Source: Haliotis rufescens
Lineage: Eukaryota
Reading direction: 5' to 3'
Assembly (NCBI RefSeq): GCF_023055435.1
Contig: NW_025963779.1
Coordinates: 42,780,001-42,844,000 of the forward strand
Length of the DNA stretch: 64,000 nt
Shown: piece by piece, positions 37,239 to 47,730 of the stretch
How the letters are laid out: every line of letters starts with the position of its first letter
Numbering within the stretch: position 1 is the first letter of the stretch
The notes under the pieces: generated by a model
The model's database searches: none
Told to the model about the DNA's origin: nothing
What the model saw: the letters and a program-made list of their open reading frames with translations, nothing else
Made by a program: the position numbers and the translations under genes

Positions 37239-40200
37239 TCACACCCAGACACTTTGTTTTACAACAAACTGCCCATCTGTCATCCACTTTGGCTTTGTTC
37301 GGGTTCGTCCAACTCGCCGAGGTGGTGGCTGTGGAGTTGACGGTCCTGAGCCAGGGATAGAACTGGTTGGTGCAGTTGGTGCTGGTGTGGATGGTGAAAC
37401 TACGGGTGACACACTTGCAAATGGCGGGCTGATTGGTGGCAGTGCTGACACTGGGGATGATACCGACACTGGAGAAGGAGAACTCTCAATATCCATGTTG
37501 GTTGTTGAGATCTCCAGTGTTGTGTCAGTACTTGTGTCCTTAAGCTCGCCAGAAGATGGTGTTGAAGTAGTAGCAGTCGTCGTCGATGTCGATGGTGTGC
37601 GCCGTGGCCTGGGTATGGGCTGACCATTCGTACCAATGGGAAGGAGTAGATTACGGTGGAGTACACGACATTCTCTGGTTCCTTCCTTATGGACTTTAAA
37701 CACAGGAATGTCGGCATGAGGTTGAGAATCAACCACGTAATACTCCTCTTCCCACCGGTTAGCCAGTTTTTGCTTCCCACGTATGTTGACGTTACGCACC
37801 AATACAACATCACCAACCTTGAGTGTGGCTCCGCGTGCCTTAAGATTATAGGCTTTGCGTTGTTTAGCCTGAGCCCTTTCAAGGTTTGCAGCTGCAAGCT
37901 CATAGGCAGTGTGTAATTTGCGCTCTAGATCAGCAGCAAACCGCGTATAAGCTGGTGATGAAATATTGGCCAGTGATGTACCAAAAGCAGCGTCAACAGG
38001 TAGCCTAGGTTGTCTGCCAAACATGAGGAAGTAGGGAGTGAACCCCGTTGACTCATGGAGGGAACAGTTATAGGCATGAACTAAGTGAGAAAGGTGATCT
38101 TTCCACTTTGCCTTTTGCTGCTCCTCCAGAGTGCCGAGCATCCCTAAGAGCGTCCGATTAAACCGCTCACATAGACCATTACCCATTGGATGATACGGAG
38201 TGGTCCGCGTTTTGAGAATACCCAATATGCTGCACAGCTGTTTGATGATATCACTCTCAAAGTTCCGGCCTTGATCAGAGTGCAACTTCTCTGGAATGCC
38301 ATAGTGAACAATGAAGTGATCAAACAGTACTTTGGCTGTAGTACGTGCCGTTTGGTTGCGAGTGGGAATGGCAACAGCATATTTGGTGAAATGGTCCGTA
38401 ATGACCAGGATATTCTCATAACCACCAGAGGAGGGCTCCAAGCTGAGATAGTCCATGCACACCAACTCCATAGGTTGAGTGGTTTGGATGCTAACTAATG
38501 GTGCACGCTCAGTTTGGTTAGGAGCTTTACGAAGTATACACCTCTGGCAGCAGCGAATCCTTTTCTCCACATCCGTGATCATTCCCGGCCAGTAAAACCG
38601 TGTCCGGAGAAGAGCCACGGTCCTGTCCCTACCAAGATGTCCCATGCCGTCATGTAGATGGGTAATGACCTCATCTCTTTTAGACTGAGGAACAATCAAT
38701 TGATAGTAGGGTACTACACCATCTGAAAGTTGTTGCCTGTGGAGAAGGCCATCTTTGACAGTGAGTGAGTCCCACTGCCTGAGAATGGATGCAGTGTCCC
38801 GGTCCATGGATTTGAGAGCCTCCTTGGTTGGACGCGTACCATTACGGATGAGTTCCAAAATCGAACAGATTGAGGAATCAGCTTGCTGATATGTTCTCAT
38901 CCGTTGGCTAGCGACAACGTCAGAAGGTTCCATACCATCGACCGCCAACATACAATTCATCACCTCCTGATTGAGGGAGAGTGTCTCCACGGCACATGAT
39001 GAGATGAGTTGCCCATTACAGAGAGCAGACACACTTTGAATGTCCATGGACTCACGCGGCAACCTGGACAAAGCATCTGCATCAACATTCCTTGCACCCG
39101 GAACATACTCAAGGAAGAAGTCATAAGTAGCAAGTTCTGCGAGCCAGCGATGCCCAGTTGCATCCAACTTAGCAGACGTGAGGGGATTATTGTCAGTCTT
39201 TACAGTGAATGAGTTGCCATACAAGTAATCATGAAACTTCTTGGTGACAGCCCATTTTAGAGCCAAAAACTCTAACTTATGAGCAGGGTAATTGCGCTCG
39301 GCTTTGCTGAGACTGCGACTTGCATAGGCAATCACTCGCCTTTGATTGTCTTGGGATTGGTACAGTACTGCACCCAAGCCATCCCCACTTGCATCGATGT
39401 GCAATTCAAAGGGCAGAGTGAAATCAGCAAAAGCCAAAACGGGAGCACAAGAAAGCCTGCTAATAAGCTCACTGAAAGCTGACTGTTGAGCATCCCCCCA
39501 TACAAATGGTTGGTTTGACTTGATCTTGCGCTTGGATCTCCCGCCATGTCCAGCAAGCAAACTGGTTAGTGGCTTGGCAACTTTAGCGTAGTCTGGAACA
39601 AAACGTCTAAAGTAGCCGGAGAATCCAAGAAAACGACGAACATCTTCGCCATTACGTGGAATTGGCCAGGTCTTCAATACTTCAATCTTCTCAGGGTCTG
39701 TTTTGATACCCTCCTCGGAGATTACGTGACCTAGGTACTTAACGGAGGTCTGCAAGAATTGGCATTTTGACGGCTTTAGCTTGAGCCCGTTCTTGCACAA
39801 TCTTTGAAAGATTACTCGTAATCTATCAAGATGCTCATCAAAGGTCTTAGAAAACACAATGATGTCATCGAGATAAATGAGGCATTGGAGAAGATGAGTG
39901 TCGCCCATACACCTCTCCATCAGGCGTTGGAAAGTAGCTGGAGCATTTGTCAGTCCAAAGGGCATAGAGTTACACTCGTAAAACCCAAGTGGGCCAACAG
40001 TAAAGGCAGTACGGGCCTTGTGCTCCTCATCCACTTCGACTTGCCAATATCCACTCTTAAGGTCAAGACAAGAGAAGTATTTTGCCCCGTGTAAAGCATC
40101 AAGAGTTTCCTCTATCCTTGGTAGAGCGTATGAATCTCGAATTGTGCGACTGTTCAATTTTCTATAGTCAATACAGAAGCGCAGACTGAAGTCATGTTTG

Positions 40201-41348
40201 CGAACCAGGACAACAGGCGAGGCATATGGACTAGCAGAAGGACGGATAACTTTAGCATCTAACATCTGCTTTATATGGTCCTTGACCTCTTGATACATAG
40301 AGGGCGGAATACGTCTATGTCTTTCCTTAAATGGAGTCTCATCTGTGAGTTCTATTCGATGGGTGACCAAGTCAGTATGTCCCATGTCCATATCAGACTT
40401 GCTAAACACATCGTCAAACTCATGCAGTAGAGAGCGCAATTGAGTTATTTCATCTGGAGTGTGATTCTCACCCAGAGAGTCCAGTTCAAATAACTCTTTT
40501 GGTAGTTTGGTAGGTACAGAGCCAGTATTACTGACGCCATCCTCAGGGGATAAGCCGTCCAACACAGCAACTTGTTCCAAATGACAAAGTACTGTTTTGG
40601 CTGGAATTGTAACAGCCTTGGTGGACGGGTTAGCGACCTCAACCTTGACCCGTGTTGTTGAGTGGGTAGACTGAAACCCAACAACACCAGTAACGAGGGT
40701 AAGTGAACCAGGAAGAACGGACTGTGTGGCACAAAACTCCATACCAATCTGTGGAGCACTACCCCTGCAAATACCTGTTATAATCTGGTTGCAAGACTGG
40801 GGTATGGTTATAGATTTAGTTGTCCGCACATTCTCAGTTCGGTTCAGGTCATTCCAACGCCTACTGAGCCACTGAATAGCCATGGTCCAAGGAGAAGAAC
40901 TCCTAGATACCCTGTCACCAGGGTTGCTTTCACAAGCAGCACGCAGGACATTGGTCCCCAGGATAAGAGGTACCTTAGAGGTGAAGTCGGTAGTGGGCAC
41001 CACAAGAATGAGTGCGGGTACCTCCACTACTTGACCCATGAAGTCAGGGGGTATAGCAATCGTAGCCTCAACATACCCCAAATAGGGTAGCTTGGCTCCC
41101 CCAGCTCCATGCACCTCTAGCAATGAGCTGATTTGGTGGAGTGGCAAGTGAGGGAGGTAAGCTCTGTAGAAGTTTTCAGAGATAGTGGTGACCTTTGAAC
41201 CAGTTTCTATCAAAACTTCACAGGCATGCTCCTCTACCTTCACATGCGCAATGTTTGGGTGCCCAACTAAATTGGAAGGCACCTTTCGTTGAGCGCTTTG
41301 GTTAGAGTCCTCAGACCGCTCCATAACTGGGACTCTTAGAAGTTTAAA
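37239..41348 (-). CDS. gypsy-3 Pol (PR-RT-RNase H-IN), probably expressed by -1 frameshift
   Basis: Open frame with LDLKSGYWQ, MPFGL, YLDD, IDASG, HKLEFLAL, H-H-C-C, DHFTK, HSDQG, ERFNRT; protease motif reads ETG. Confidence 0.95.
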   Translation of the reverse strand, partial: FKLLRVPVMERSEDSNQSAQRKVPSNLVGHPNIAHVKVEEHACEVLIETGSKVTTISENFYRAYLPHLPLHQISSLLEVHGAGGAKLPYLGYVEATIAIPPDFMGQVVEVPALILVVPTTDFTSKVPLILGTNVLRAACESNPGDRVSRSSSPWTMAIQWLSRRWNDLNRTENVRTTKSITIPQSCNQIITGICRGSAPQIGMEFCATQSVLPGSLTLVTGVVGFQSTHSTTRVKVEVANPSTKAVTIPAKTVLCHLEQVAVLDGLSPEDGVSNTGSVPTKLPKELFELDSLGENHTPDEITQLRSLLHEFDDVFSKSDMDMGHTDLVTHRIELTDETPFKERHRRIPPSMYQEVKDHIKQMLDAKVIRPSASPYASPVVLVRKHDFSLRFCIDYRKLNSRTIRDSYALPRIEETLDALHGAKYFSCLDLKSGYWQVEVDEEHKARTAFTVGPLGFYECNSMPFGLTNAPATFQRLMERCMGDTHLLQCLIYLDDIIVFSKTFDEHLDRLRVIFQRLCKNGLKLKPSKCQFLQTSVKYLGHVISEEGIKTDPEKIEVLKTWPIPRNGEDVRRFLGFSGYFRRFVPDYAKVAKPLTSLLAGHGGRSKRKIKSNQPFVWGDAQQSAFSELISRLSCAPVLAFADFTLPFELHIDASGDGLGAVLYQSQDNQRRVIAYASRSLSKAERNYPAHKLEFLALKWAVTKKFHDYLYGNSFTVKTDNNPLTSAKLDATGHRWLAELATYDFFLEYVPGARNVDADALSRLPRESMDIQSVSALCNGQLISSCAVETLSLNQEVMNCMLAVDGMEPSDVVASQRMRTYQQADSSICSILELIRNGTRPTKEALKSMDRDTASILRQWDSLTVKDGLLHRQQLSDGVVPYYQLIVPQSKRDEVITHLHDGMGHLGRDRTVALLRTRFYWPGMITDVEKRIRCCQRCILRKAPNQTERAPLVSIQTTQPMELVCMDYLSLEPSSGGYENILVITDHFTKYAVAIPTRNQTARTTAKVLFDHFIVHYGIPEKLHSDQGRNFESDIIKQLCSILGILKTRTTPYHPMGNGLCERFNRTLLGMLGTLEEQQKAKWKDHLSHLVHAYNCSLHESTGFTPYFLMFGRQPRLPVDAAFGTSLANISSPAYTRFAADLERKLHTAYELAAANLERAQAKQRKAYNLKARGATLKVGDVVLVRNVNIRGKQKLANRWEEEYYVVDSQPHADIPVFKVHKEGTRECRVLHRNLLLPIGTNGQPIPRPRRTPSTSTTTATTSTPSSGELKDTSTDTTLEISTTNMDIESSPSPVSVSSPVSALPPISPPFASVSPVVSPSTPAPTAPTSSIPGSGPSTPQPPPRRVGRTRTKPKWMTDGQFVVKQSVWV
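41291..41348 (-). promoter_or_regulatory. -1 ribosomal frameshift signal (U UUA AAC plus stem-loop or pseudoknot)
   Basis: Slippery heptamer at 41342-41348, 6-nt spacer, GAGTCCCAG / CTGaGGACTC stem, loop GAGCG able to pair with downstream CGCTC. Confidence 0.8.
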
Positions 41349-42841
41349 GCAGGGCAATGCTGGTGACCCCTTTTGAGCCCTGGCCTTCCACAATCAAAAC
41401 AGAAAACTGATGATTGTTGTGGAGGGGGTTTATCACCGACCTGCTTTACTAAAGGTTTATTTGTCTGGGCACCTCTGAAGGGAGCTTGGCCTTGACTCCT
41501 GGTGGGTGGTTTGTAAGAGGAGGCTTGAGCAGACCTGAGCTCAAGAGAGTGAACTTTGTCCCCGATAGACTTTAGACTCTTATCAAGGTCTTTAAGCCTA
41601 GAGAGCACATCCTCCATCTCCCGACCACATGGTACAGGAGTGGTAACGGGACACTGATGTGCCTCCTTAGGGGTAAGCAGTTCCTCCTCCACCCGACGTA
41701 CAGCAAGCAGCAGTTGGCTGTACTCGAGACCAGAGTCAAAGTGATGACGAGTTGCCTGCTTCAAAGCATCCTGGGACAACCCCATCCAGAAACGGCTTCG
41801 AAGCAAGGTCATGGCAGCATTTGGTGGGAGCATTCCTGAGACTTCGATCTTTGAGATCAAGTCACGAAGTCTACAACTCCAAGCTGCAGCAGACTCGTTT
41901 ATTTCCTGGCGAGCTGTGTAAAAGCGCTCCATGAGCGTCTCGCCAGGCATCACATTGCCAAAGACAATGTCCAACTGCTCTAAGGCAGAATCAAGGGTTG
42001 CCTCAGCAGGGAAACCACTGAGAAGATCTGCAGCAGAACCCTTGGCTGCTCTCCGCATGGCATTGAATATGGCGGTGTCAGAGTGAGCATTTTCACGTCG
42101 ACACCCCAATATTTCAAGGCGCCACTGACTATATTTCACATCGTCCTTTGCCCTATCCCCTGAAAATGTTGACAACCGGGGACTTGGTGCATTGATTATT
42201 GGCATGTACGAGGTGTGTGATATGGGCATAGTGGAATGCGGAGTTGCCAGGAACTGACTAGGCTGAGCAGTTGGAGTGTACCCAGGGTATAGAATGGGCA
42301 TGGGTACATGTCTGTTGGGCCAAGCCTCATTTGGTGCCCCAGTCAGACGTGCAATGACACGCGACTGCTGTGAGTAAGGGGTTGATGAACCCTGGGGTTG
42401 ATTATAGCTAAAGAGTGACCCGTAGGGCCTAGGCAAAGATTTCGGCAATTCTATCCTAGGGCTATGGTCTTGTGGGGGTATTGTCCGCTGGGAAGGCTCC
42501 ATGGGTGACCATATATCAGGCAACAAAGGAGACCCCAGAGGTGAATGTGTTAGCAGTGACGGTAGCCCAGGTGTATATGGTTGGGGAACAACCCTTTTGC
42601 TATCCACAGGAGGTGGAGGCACATGCGGCCGAAACAACGTATCTCCAGACCCAACATCAGCTACATAAGTGGTCTGAGGTGGATGTGGATTAGCGTCATC
42701 TGCTAGACGGTAGAGTAAACTAGTACGGACTAAGGGATCAAGCTGATGGATGAAATCCACAACCTGATCAACCTGTGATCTAACATCACTGTCCGACTGA
42801 GCCATGATGTGTATGATAATACAAGTATGACAAACCTCCAA
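41336..42841 (-). CDS. gypsy-3 Gag (PNMA-like capsid region)
   Basis: Pro-rich N-terminus, RLSTFSG, FYTARQEINES...W and FWMGL motifs; degenerate knuckle CFDCG. True start probably MAQSD at about 42805. Confidence 0.9.
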   Translation of the reverse strand: MEVCHTCIIIHIMAQSDSDVRSQVDQVVDFIHQLDPLVRTSLLYRLADDANPHPPQTTYVADVGSGDTLFRPHVPPPPVDSKRVVPQPYTPGLPSLLTHSPLGSPLLPDIWSPMEPSQRTIPPQDHSPRIELPKSLPRPYGSLFSYNQPQGSSTPYSQQSRVIARLTGAPNEAWPNRHVPMPILYPGYTPTAQPSQFLATPHSTMPISHTSYMPIINAPSPRLSTFSGDRAKDDVKYSQWRLEILGCRRENAHSDTAIFNAMRRAAKGSAADLLSGFPAEATLDSALEQLDIVFGNVMPGETLMERFYTARQEINESAAAWSCRLRDLISKIEVSGMLPPNAAMTLLRSRFWMGLSQDALKQATRHHFDSGLEYSQLLLAVRRVEEELLTPKEAHQCPVTTPVPCGREMEDVLSRLKDLDKSLKSIGDKVHSLELRSAQASSYKPPTRSQGQAPFRGAQTNKPLVKQVGDKPPPQQSSVFCFDCGRPGLKRGHQHCPALNF

Positions 42842-44382
42842 AAAGGCAACAAGGATCCTATACGTTAGGACCCAACAACAATATTATGAACCGAGGCGAT
42901 CGCAAAGTGCAAAAACTCCTAAGTATTAGGAAACCAAGTGCAGAGCTCCTACAAAAGCAAGGATACAAGATGGACTATGGTGTGATATGGGTAGACTTAC
43001 AACTGCGGGGAACTAACCACTACCCCAGGTAAGCAACAAAGTTCAGTAGCAATGCAAGTAGCCGAACAACAATCAGGATGTGGTCACCTGAAGGACAACT
43101 TATGCATGTACTGAGGTCAGGTAAAATGAAACACTAGCCAGATGATCCCAATGGAAATGAAATAATCAAGCAAGCAAAGGCTACGGTGTGAGACTCACCT
43201 GGCAACAACTACAAAGTCATCCCAGATACAAGAAGTAACTGCAAGTACTACAGACCAGACAACCACTGGAAATAAGTCAAGATGCAGCAACAACTGAGTT
43301 GTACATACAGAAAGTAAATGTAACAGTAGATACTGACTGAACTCCACTGTCACATATGTAACTTACATATGAGGGGAAACTATACAAATATCTCCGACCA
43401 CAGATATACTGTTACTTGAGATAATAAATATGCAATAAAGGGAAATACTGAGGACATAATCACTGATGGTGTTCAAATATTTCAAACAGAAGATCTGATA
43501 TGACTGATGATAGTGATGAAGCCTATAATGGGATATGGTATATGATGAAATGAAGAAACAACACAAGACAAGACAAAATACTTATGGTAAACATGTTAGT
43601 GGTTTGCTGAAGAGAGATATGTCCACACGGAAGGAAAGACAGCGGGAACAGCATGGAAAAAAAAGTACTGAGGATAGAGTCTGGCACAGGTAAAGTAAGA
43701 AGGGTATCAATGCAAATATCAAAAGTATTGACAGAAAATATATCAAGTAAAAAAAAAAAACTTTGGATTTTGAAATTGAACTGTTTAAGTTAAATGTTAA
43801 ATAATTTCAAATATAAATTTGGAATCAAAGTCAAATAATTACCAGCTACACTTAATATTAACCTGAAATTTTGATCAGTGGTGAAATTTTGAATAGATAT
43901 GAACTCCAATTAATTTTTCAGAATAAACTTGTCAGTAAGATGAAAATGAATCTATACTACATATATATATATATATATATAATTTAAATAAACACTGTAG
44001 ACATAGAAATGTGGTAGAAATAGAATTTGTACTATAATATAATCAATACTCTGTAAAAGTCAATAGGATTATAAATTTCAAACAAATATAAACATGATAA
44101 ACATATAATATATATCACAGGATAAATAGAAATATACAAGGTGGATCACAAATGTCTCGATAGTCAGGCTCAAAAGTCAATGTCCTGAATTTGTGAAACA
44201 CAAAAAATCAAAAGTTCAAAGGTCCATACACTTCATGAAACAATGATGAATGAACTATTCATTCACATAAGTGTATAAGATGTCCTTGGAAACTGCATGA
44301 ACTCTTCTATGTTGAATTCCATCTAATGAATGATGAACTGCCTCTTCTCACTGTACAAGTGATGATGCTGATGAAACTAGCA

Positions 44383-44400
44383 GCCCCACGTTGGGCGCCA
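44383..44400 (-). promoter_or_regulatory. Primer-binding site, tRNA-Lys(CUU) (gypsy-3)
   Basis: Minus strand TGGCGCCCAACGTGGGGC, 3 nt from the 5' LTR. Confidence 0.93.
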
Positions 44401-44403
44401 TTT

Positions 44404-45239
44404 TGTAGCCGGGCGTGGCGTCATGTGTCCAGCCACTGGGCTGCTAGTCAAAACATGAGGCAGTTCTTGAAGATGATGATGATTTTTATTCTTTTGTAGT
44501 AGATGGTGGGAGGGAAGCTGTAAACAAGAGTCCTCCCTCCATAAAGAGTTCATGCAGAATATGTTATAATTTAATTTAAGCCAAAAGGAAACAGATTAAT
44601 TTATAGGGATATGTTGGGGAGCACATGGTTGAAGACCATGTGCTCAATTAATGTAACACAAAAGGTGTGAGCTGGCAAATATTTAGATATAACAAATTAA
44701 ATAATAATGCAATTAAATATATTTTACTTTAATGAAAAGCTGTGATACCCTTTCTATGAATATAATTGTTTCTAAAGCAGGATGGAAAGAGATAAGAATA
44801 TTGAAATGTTTCTCACCTGTAAACAAGAGTCCTCCCTCCATAAAGAGTTCATGCAGAATGCATGAGGAGGGCAGGTGAGAAAGGAAGTTTAAAGAAGTGG
44901 ACCAAAGGGCCAATCAGAAGAAAGGTAGCATCTGACAGATATTAAAGGAAGTCAAGATGCTTCAGTCACATAAAGTGGTGGACATATCTAAAAATAGATA
45001 GGGGGAAGTCCAGGTGAAGCTGGAGAAATTACAGAGGCTCCAAAGGGTATCAGGTTGGTGTTAGTTGGCTGACATTCAACTGCAGACAAGGACAACATAT
45101 AATGAACACAGAATGAAGTGATGGTGATAATAGATGAACATGTATATATATATGTATAGAACGAATCTAAGGGGGTTATAAGTGGGTGGTACTTATGTGG
45201 CTATAACTCATTCAGAGTTAGCACCACCACCCGGCTACA
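44404..45239 (-). repeat. gypsy-3 5' LTR
   Basis: Direct repeat of 36339-37175, followed by the TSD CAAG. Confidence 0.97.
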
Positions 45240-45499
45240 CAAGCAAAAACCACTCGCATTTTTTGCATTTAATTCACGCTCGCGTTAATATCAAGATTTA
45301 CAGTATATTCACAAGAGGAAAGAGTAGGTTTCCATCCTCGAGGTGACGGATTTTATGGAAATGTGAACCACCGTTGTCAAGAGCGTACATGGCAACAGAA
45401 AAGAAATAGAAAGCCTCCTCATGAAAATTATGAACACAACTGTAATTTAAACTACTTCCGCCATCAAAGAAACCGATACAGATAAAGACGGTATCACCA

Positions 45500-47730
45500 G
45501 GTTCTGAGAAGCCTGAAGATACACGAATTGATCCTACAATAATAAATCTCTCAAACAAAATTTACAGATACAGAAATCAAATTATCAAAACAGGGTCTGA
45601 AATTCACGCAAACACCAAACCAGAATAACGAAGAGTTGAAAGTGGATATACATCATTTTTTTAGACGACTGAGACTTATGGAATATTTTGAAGGTTTTGA
45701 AGAGGTTAATATAGTCAACTCACAGGAAGCTGCGACATCAAACGTAAGTCATTTTATTAAGAAACAAAAGTGAGTTTAATCCTAAATGAAATTAGACAAA
45801 TATTTGGATGAATTTTCGAATACTATACTTCCTTTAAATAATTCCAACAGAGTAAAACACAATTTATGGTTTGAGGAGAGGGAAGCACTAGTGGGAATTA
45901 AAAATGATCATTCTATTGTAATCAAAGAGGCTGATAAAGGTGGAGCGGTGGTCATTATGGATTCGGCATTCGATGAAACTAAAGTGAATGAATTGGTACA
46001 AGACTGGGAATTCTATCGGGAAACTAACGACCAAGAAAATGCTGTAGTACAGAAATCAAAAAGCACATAAAACGCTATTCTAATCAGCTCCATGAAAAGG
46101 AACAAGATTATTTATGTAATTACAATCCCCAGACTACAAACTTTTATGGACTGCCAAAAATACACACAAGTCAAGAGATAAACTCAGCTGTTAAGGAACA
46201 GAATTGTGAATATGTGGAAAACAATAACCCTAAAGACTTTTCATTTAGGCCTATTGTTGGAGGCCCCAATAGTCCTACCCAACGTTTGAGCAACTTCATA
46301 GATATAATTCTGAAACCTCTCAGTCATAGCAACAGATGCTGTTCTCGTGACCTTTGACGTTAAAAGTTTGTATTCTAATATACCCCAGGATCAAGGACTT
46401 CAAGTGGTGCAATATTGGTTGAATAAGCATCCAGATGCCAGCGACTGCAATTAAACGCATACGTTCATCATGGAGTCTTTGAAATGTATACTGGAGAACA
46501 ACACATTCCATTTCAACAACAAGTTTTATCAGCAAATAAACAGAACAGCCATGGGAACAAAAGTAGCACCCACATACGCCACTCTGGTAATGGGATACAT
46601 AGAAGAAATGTTCTATTCCAAAGTAGTACATTTGATGGATGTAAATACAGTTAAACATATTCGTGAAACATGGAGAAGATATATGGACGACTGTTTTATT
46701 ATTTGGTTCTGAACAGTGAAAGAGTTACACAATTTCCGGAGGATTCTGGATTCGATCCATCCTCTGATATCATTCACTATGGAATGTGACCACAATGAGA
46801 TTTCATTTTTGGACGTGAAAGTTATCAAGCAAGGAGACCAATTGAAAACAGATATTTACTACAAGGCGACGGACACGCATCAGTACCTACAATTCAATTC
46901 ATGTCATCCGCGGCACACTAAAATTGATATTTCATATTCGATGGCAAGAAGAGTGTGTGCTATGTTTCGGATGTGGTCACAAGAAACTGAAGATTAGAAG
47001 AATTAAAGAAATATCTCCAACTACAAGGATGTCCATGTGGAGTGATTATAGACGCTGTAAATAAATCAATGAAAATTCCGCGAGAAACATTAATGAAAAC
47101 AAAAGAAACAGATACACACAGGGACATTCTTCCATTTGTGTGTACGTACAATCCTAGAAACTGTAAAATTATATGCCCCTTATAAAAGCCAATCTTCCAA
47201 TTTTACAGCAAAGTAAAACTATGAAAACATGTTTATCTAAGTGTAAACTTATACGCAGCACTAGACAGCCTAAAAATCTTAAACAAATTCTTTGTCCATC
47301 CAAATACACACAAAATACAAAGACCATCAGTGTAACAAAGTGTAACACACCTCGATGTGGAACTTGCCCAATAATAATTGAAGACTGCAAATTTCAATTT
47401 TGCCAAGATAAACTATTTACTGTTAAAAACAACATGAACTGTCGCAGTAAAGATGTTATGTATGTTTCAACATGTGCGGGATGTGGTGAGCATTATATTG
47501 GAGAAACTGGTATGCGACTAAAAGACCGAATCTCTGTACACAGACAACAAATTCGAGATCCAAATGTACGTTTTATAAATGTAAGCAATGACATTGATGA
47601 ATGCGGGACAGGTAATTTTACTGTCATTCCGTTATTTAAATGGTTTAATAATGACAAACATTTATGAATGAAAAAAGAACAGATGTTCATTAGGCTTTTG
47701 AAACCAAAACTTAATTCAAAAGTATAATTT
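45500..47730 (+). pseudogene. PLE-1 reverse transcriptase and GIY-YIG endonuclease
   Basis: IINLS, ADKGGAVV, FYGLPKIH, RPIV, FDVKSLYSNIP, AMGTKVAP, RYMDD, FLDV, SCHPRH and VMY...CAGC..HYIGETG; many frameshifts. Confidence 0.92.

Larger units (their letters stand above)
36339..45239 (-). mobile_element. Young full-length Ty3/gypsy LTR retrotransposon (gypsy-3)
   Basis: 837/836-bp near-identical LTRs TGTAGCCGGG...CCCGGCTACA, 4-bp TSD CAAG, PBS, PPT (AAAGTGGGGGTGTA on minus, about 37176-37189), open gag and pol. Confidence 0.98.
35777..45303. mobile_element. MITE of about 620 bp (CTGTAAA TIRs, TA TSD) split by gypsy-3
   Basis: Left end CTGTAAAACGTGAAATTAATGC versus reverse complement of right end CTGTAAATCTTGATATTAACGC; TA at 35775-35776 and 45304-45305. 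Confidence 0.78.
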
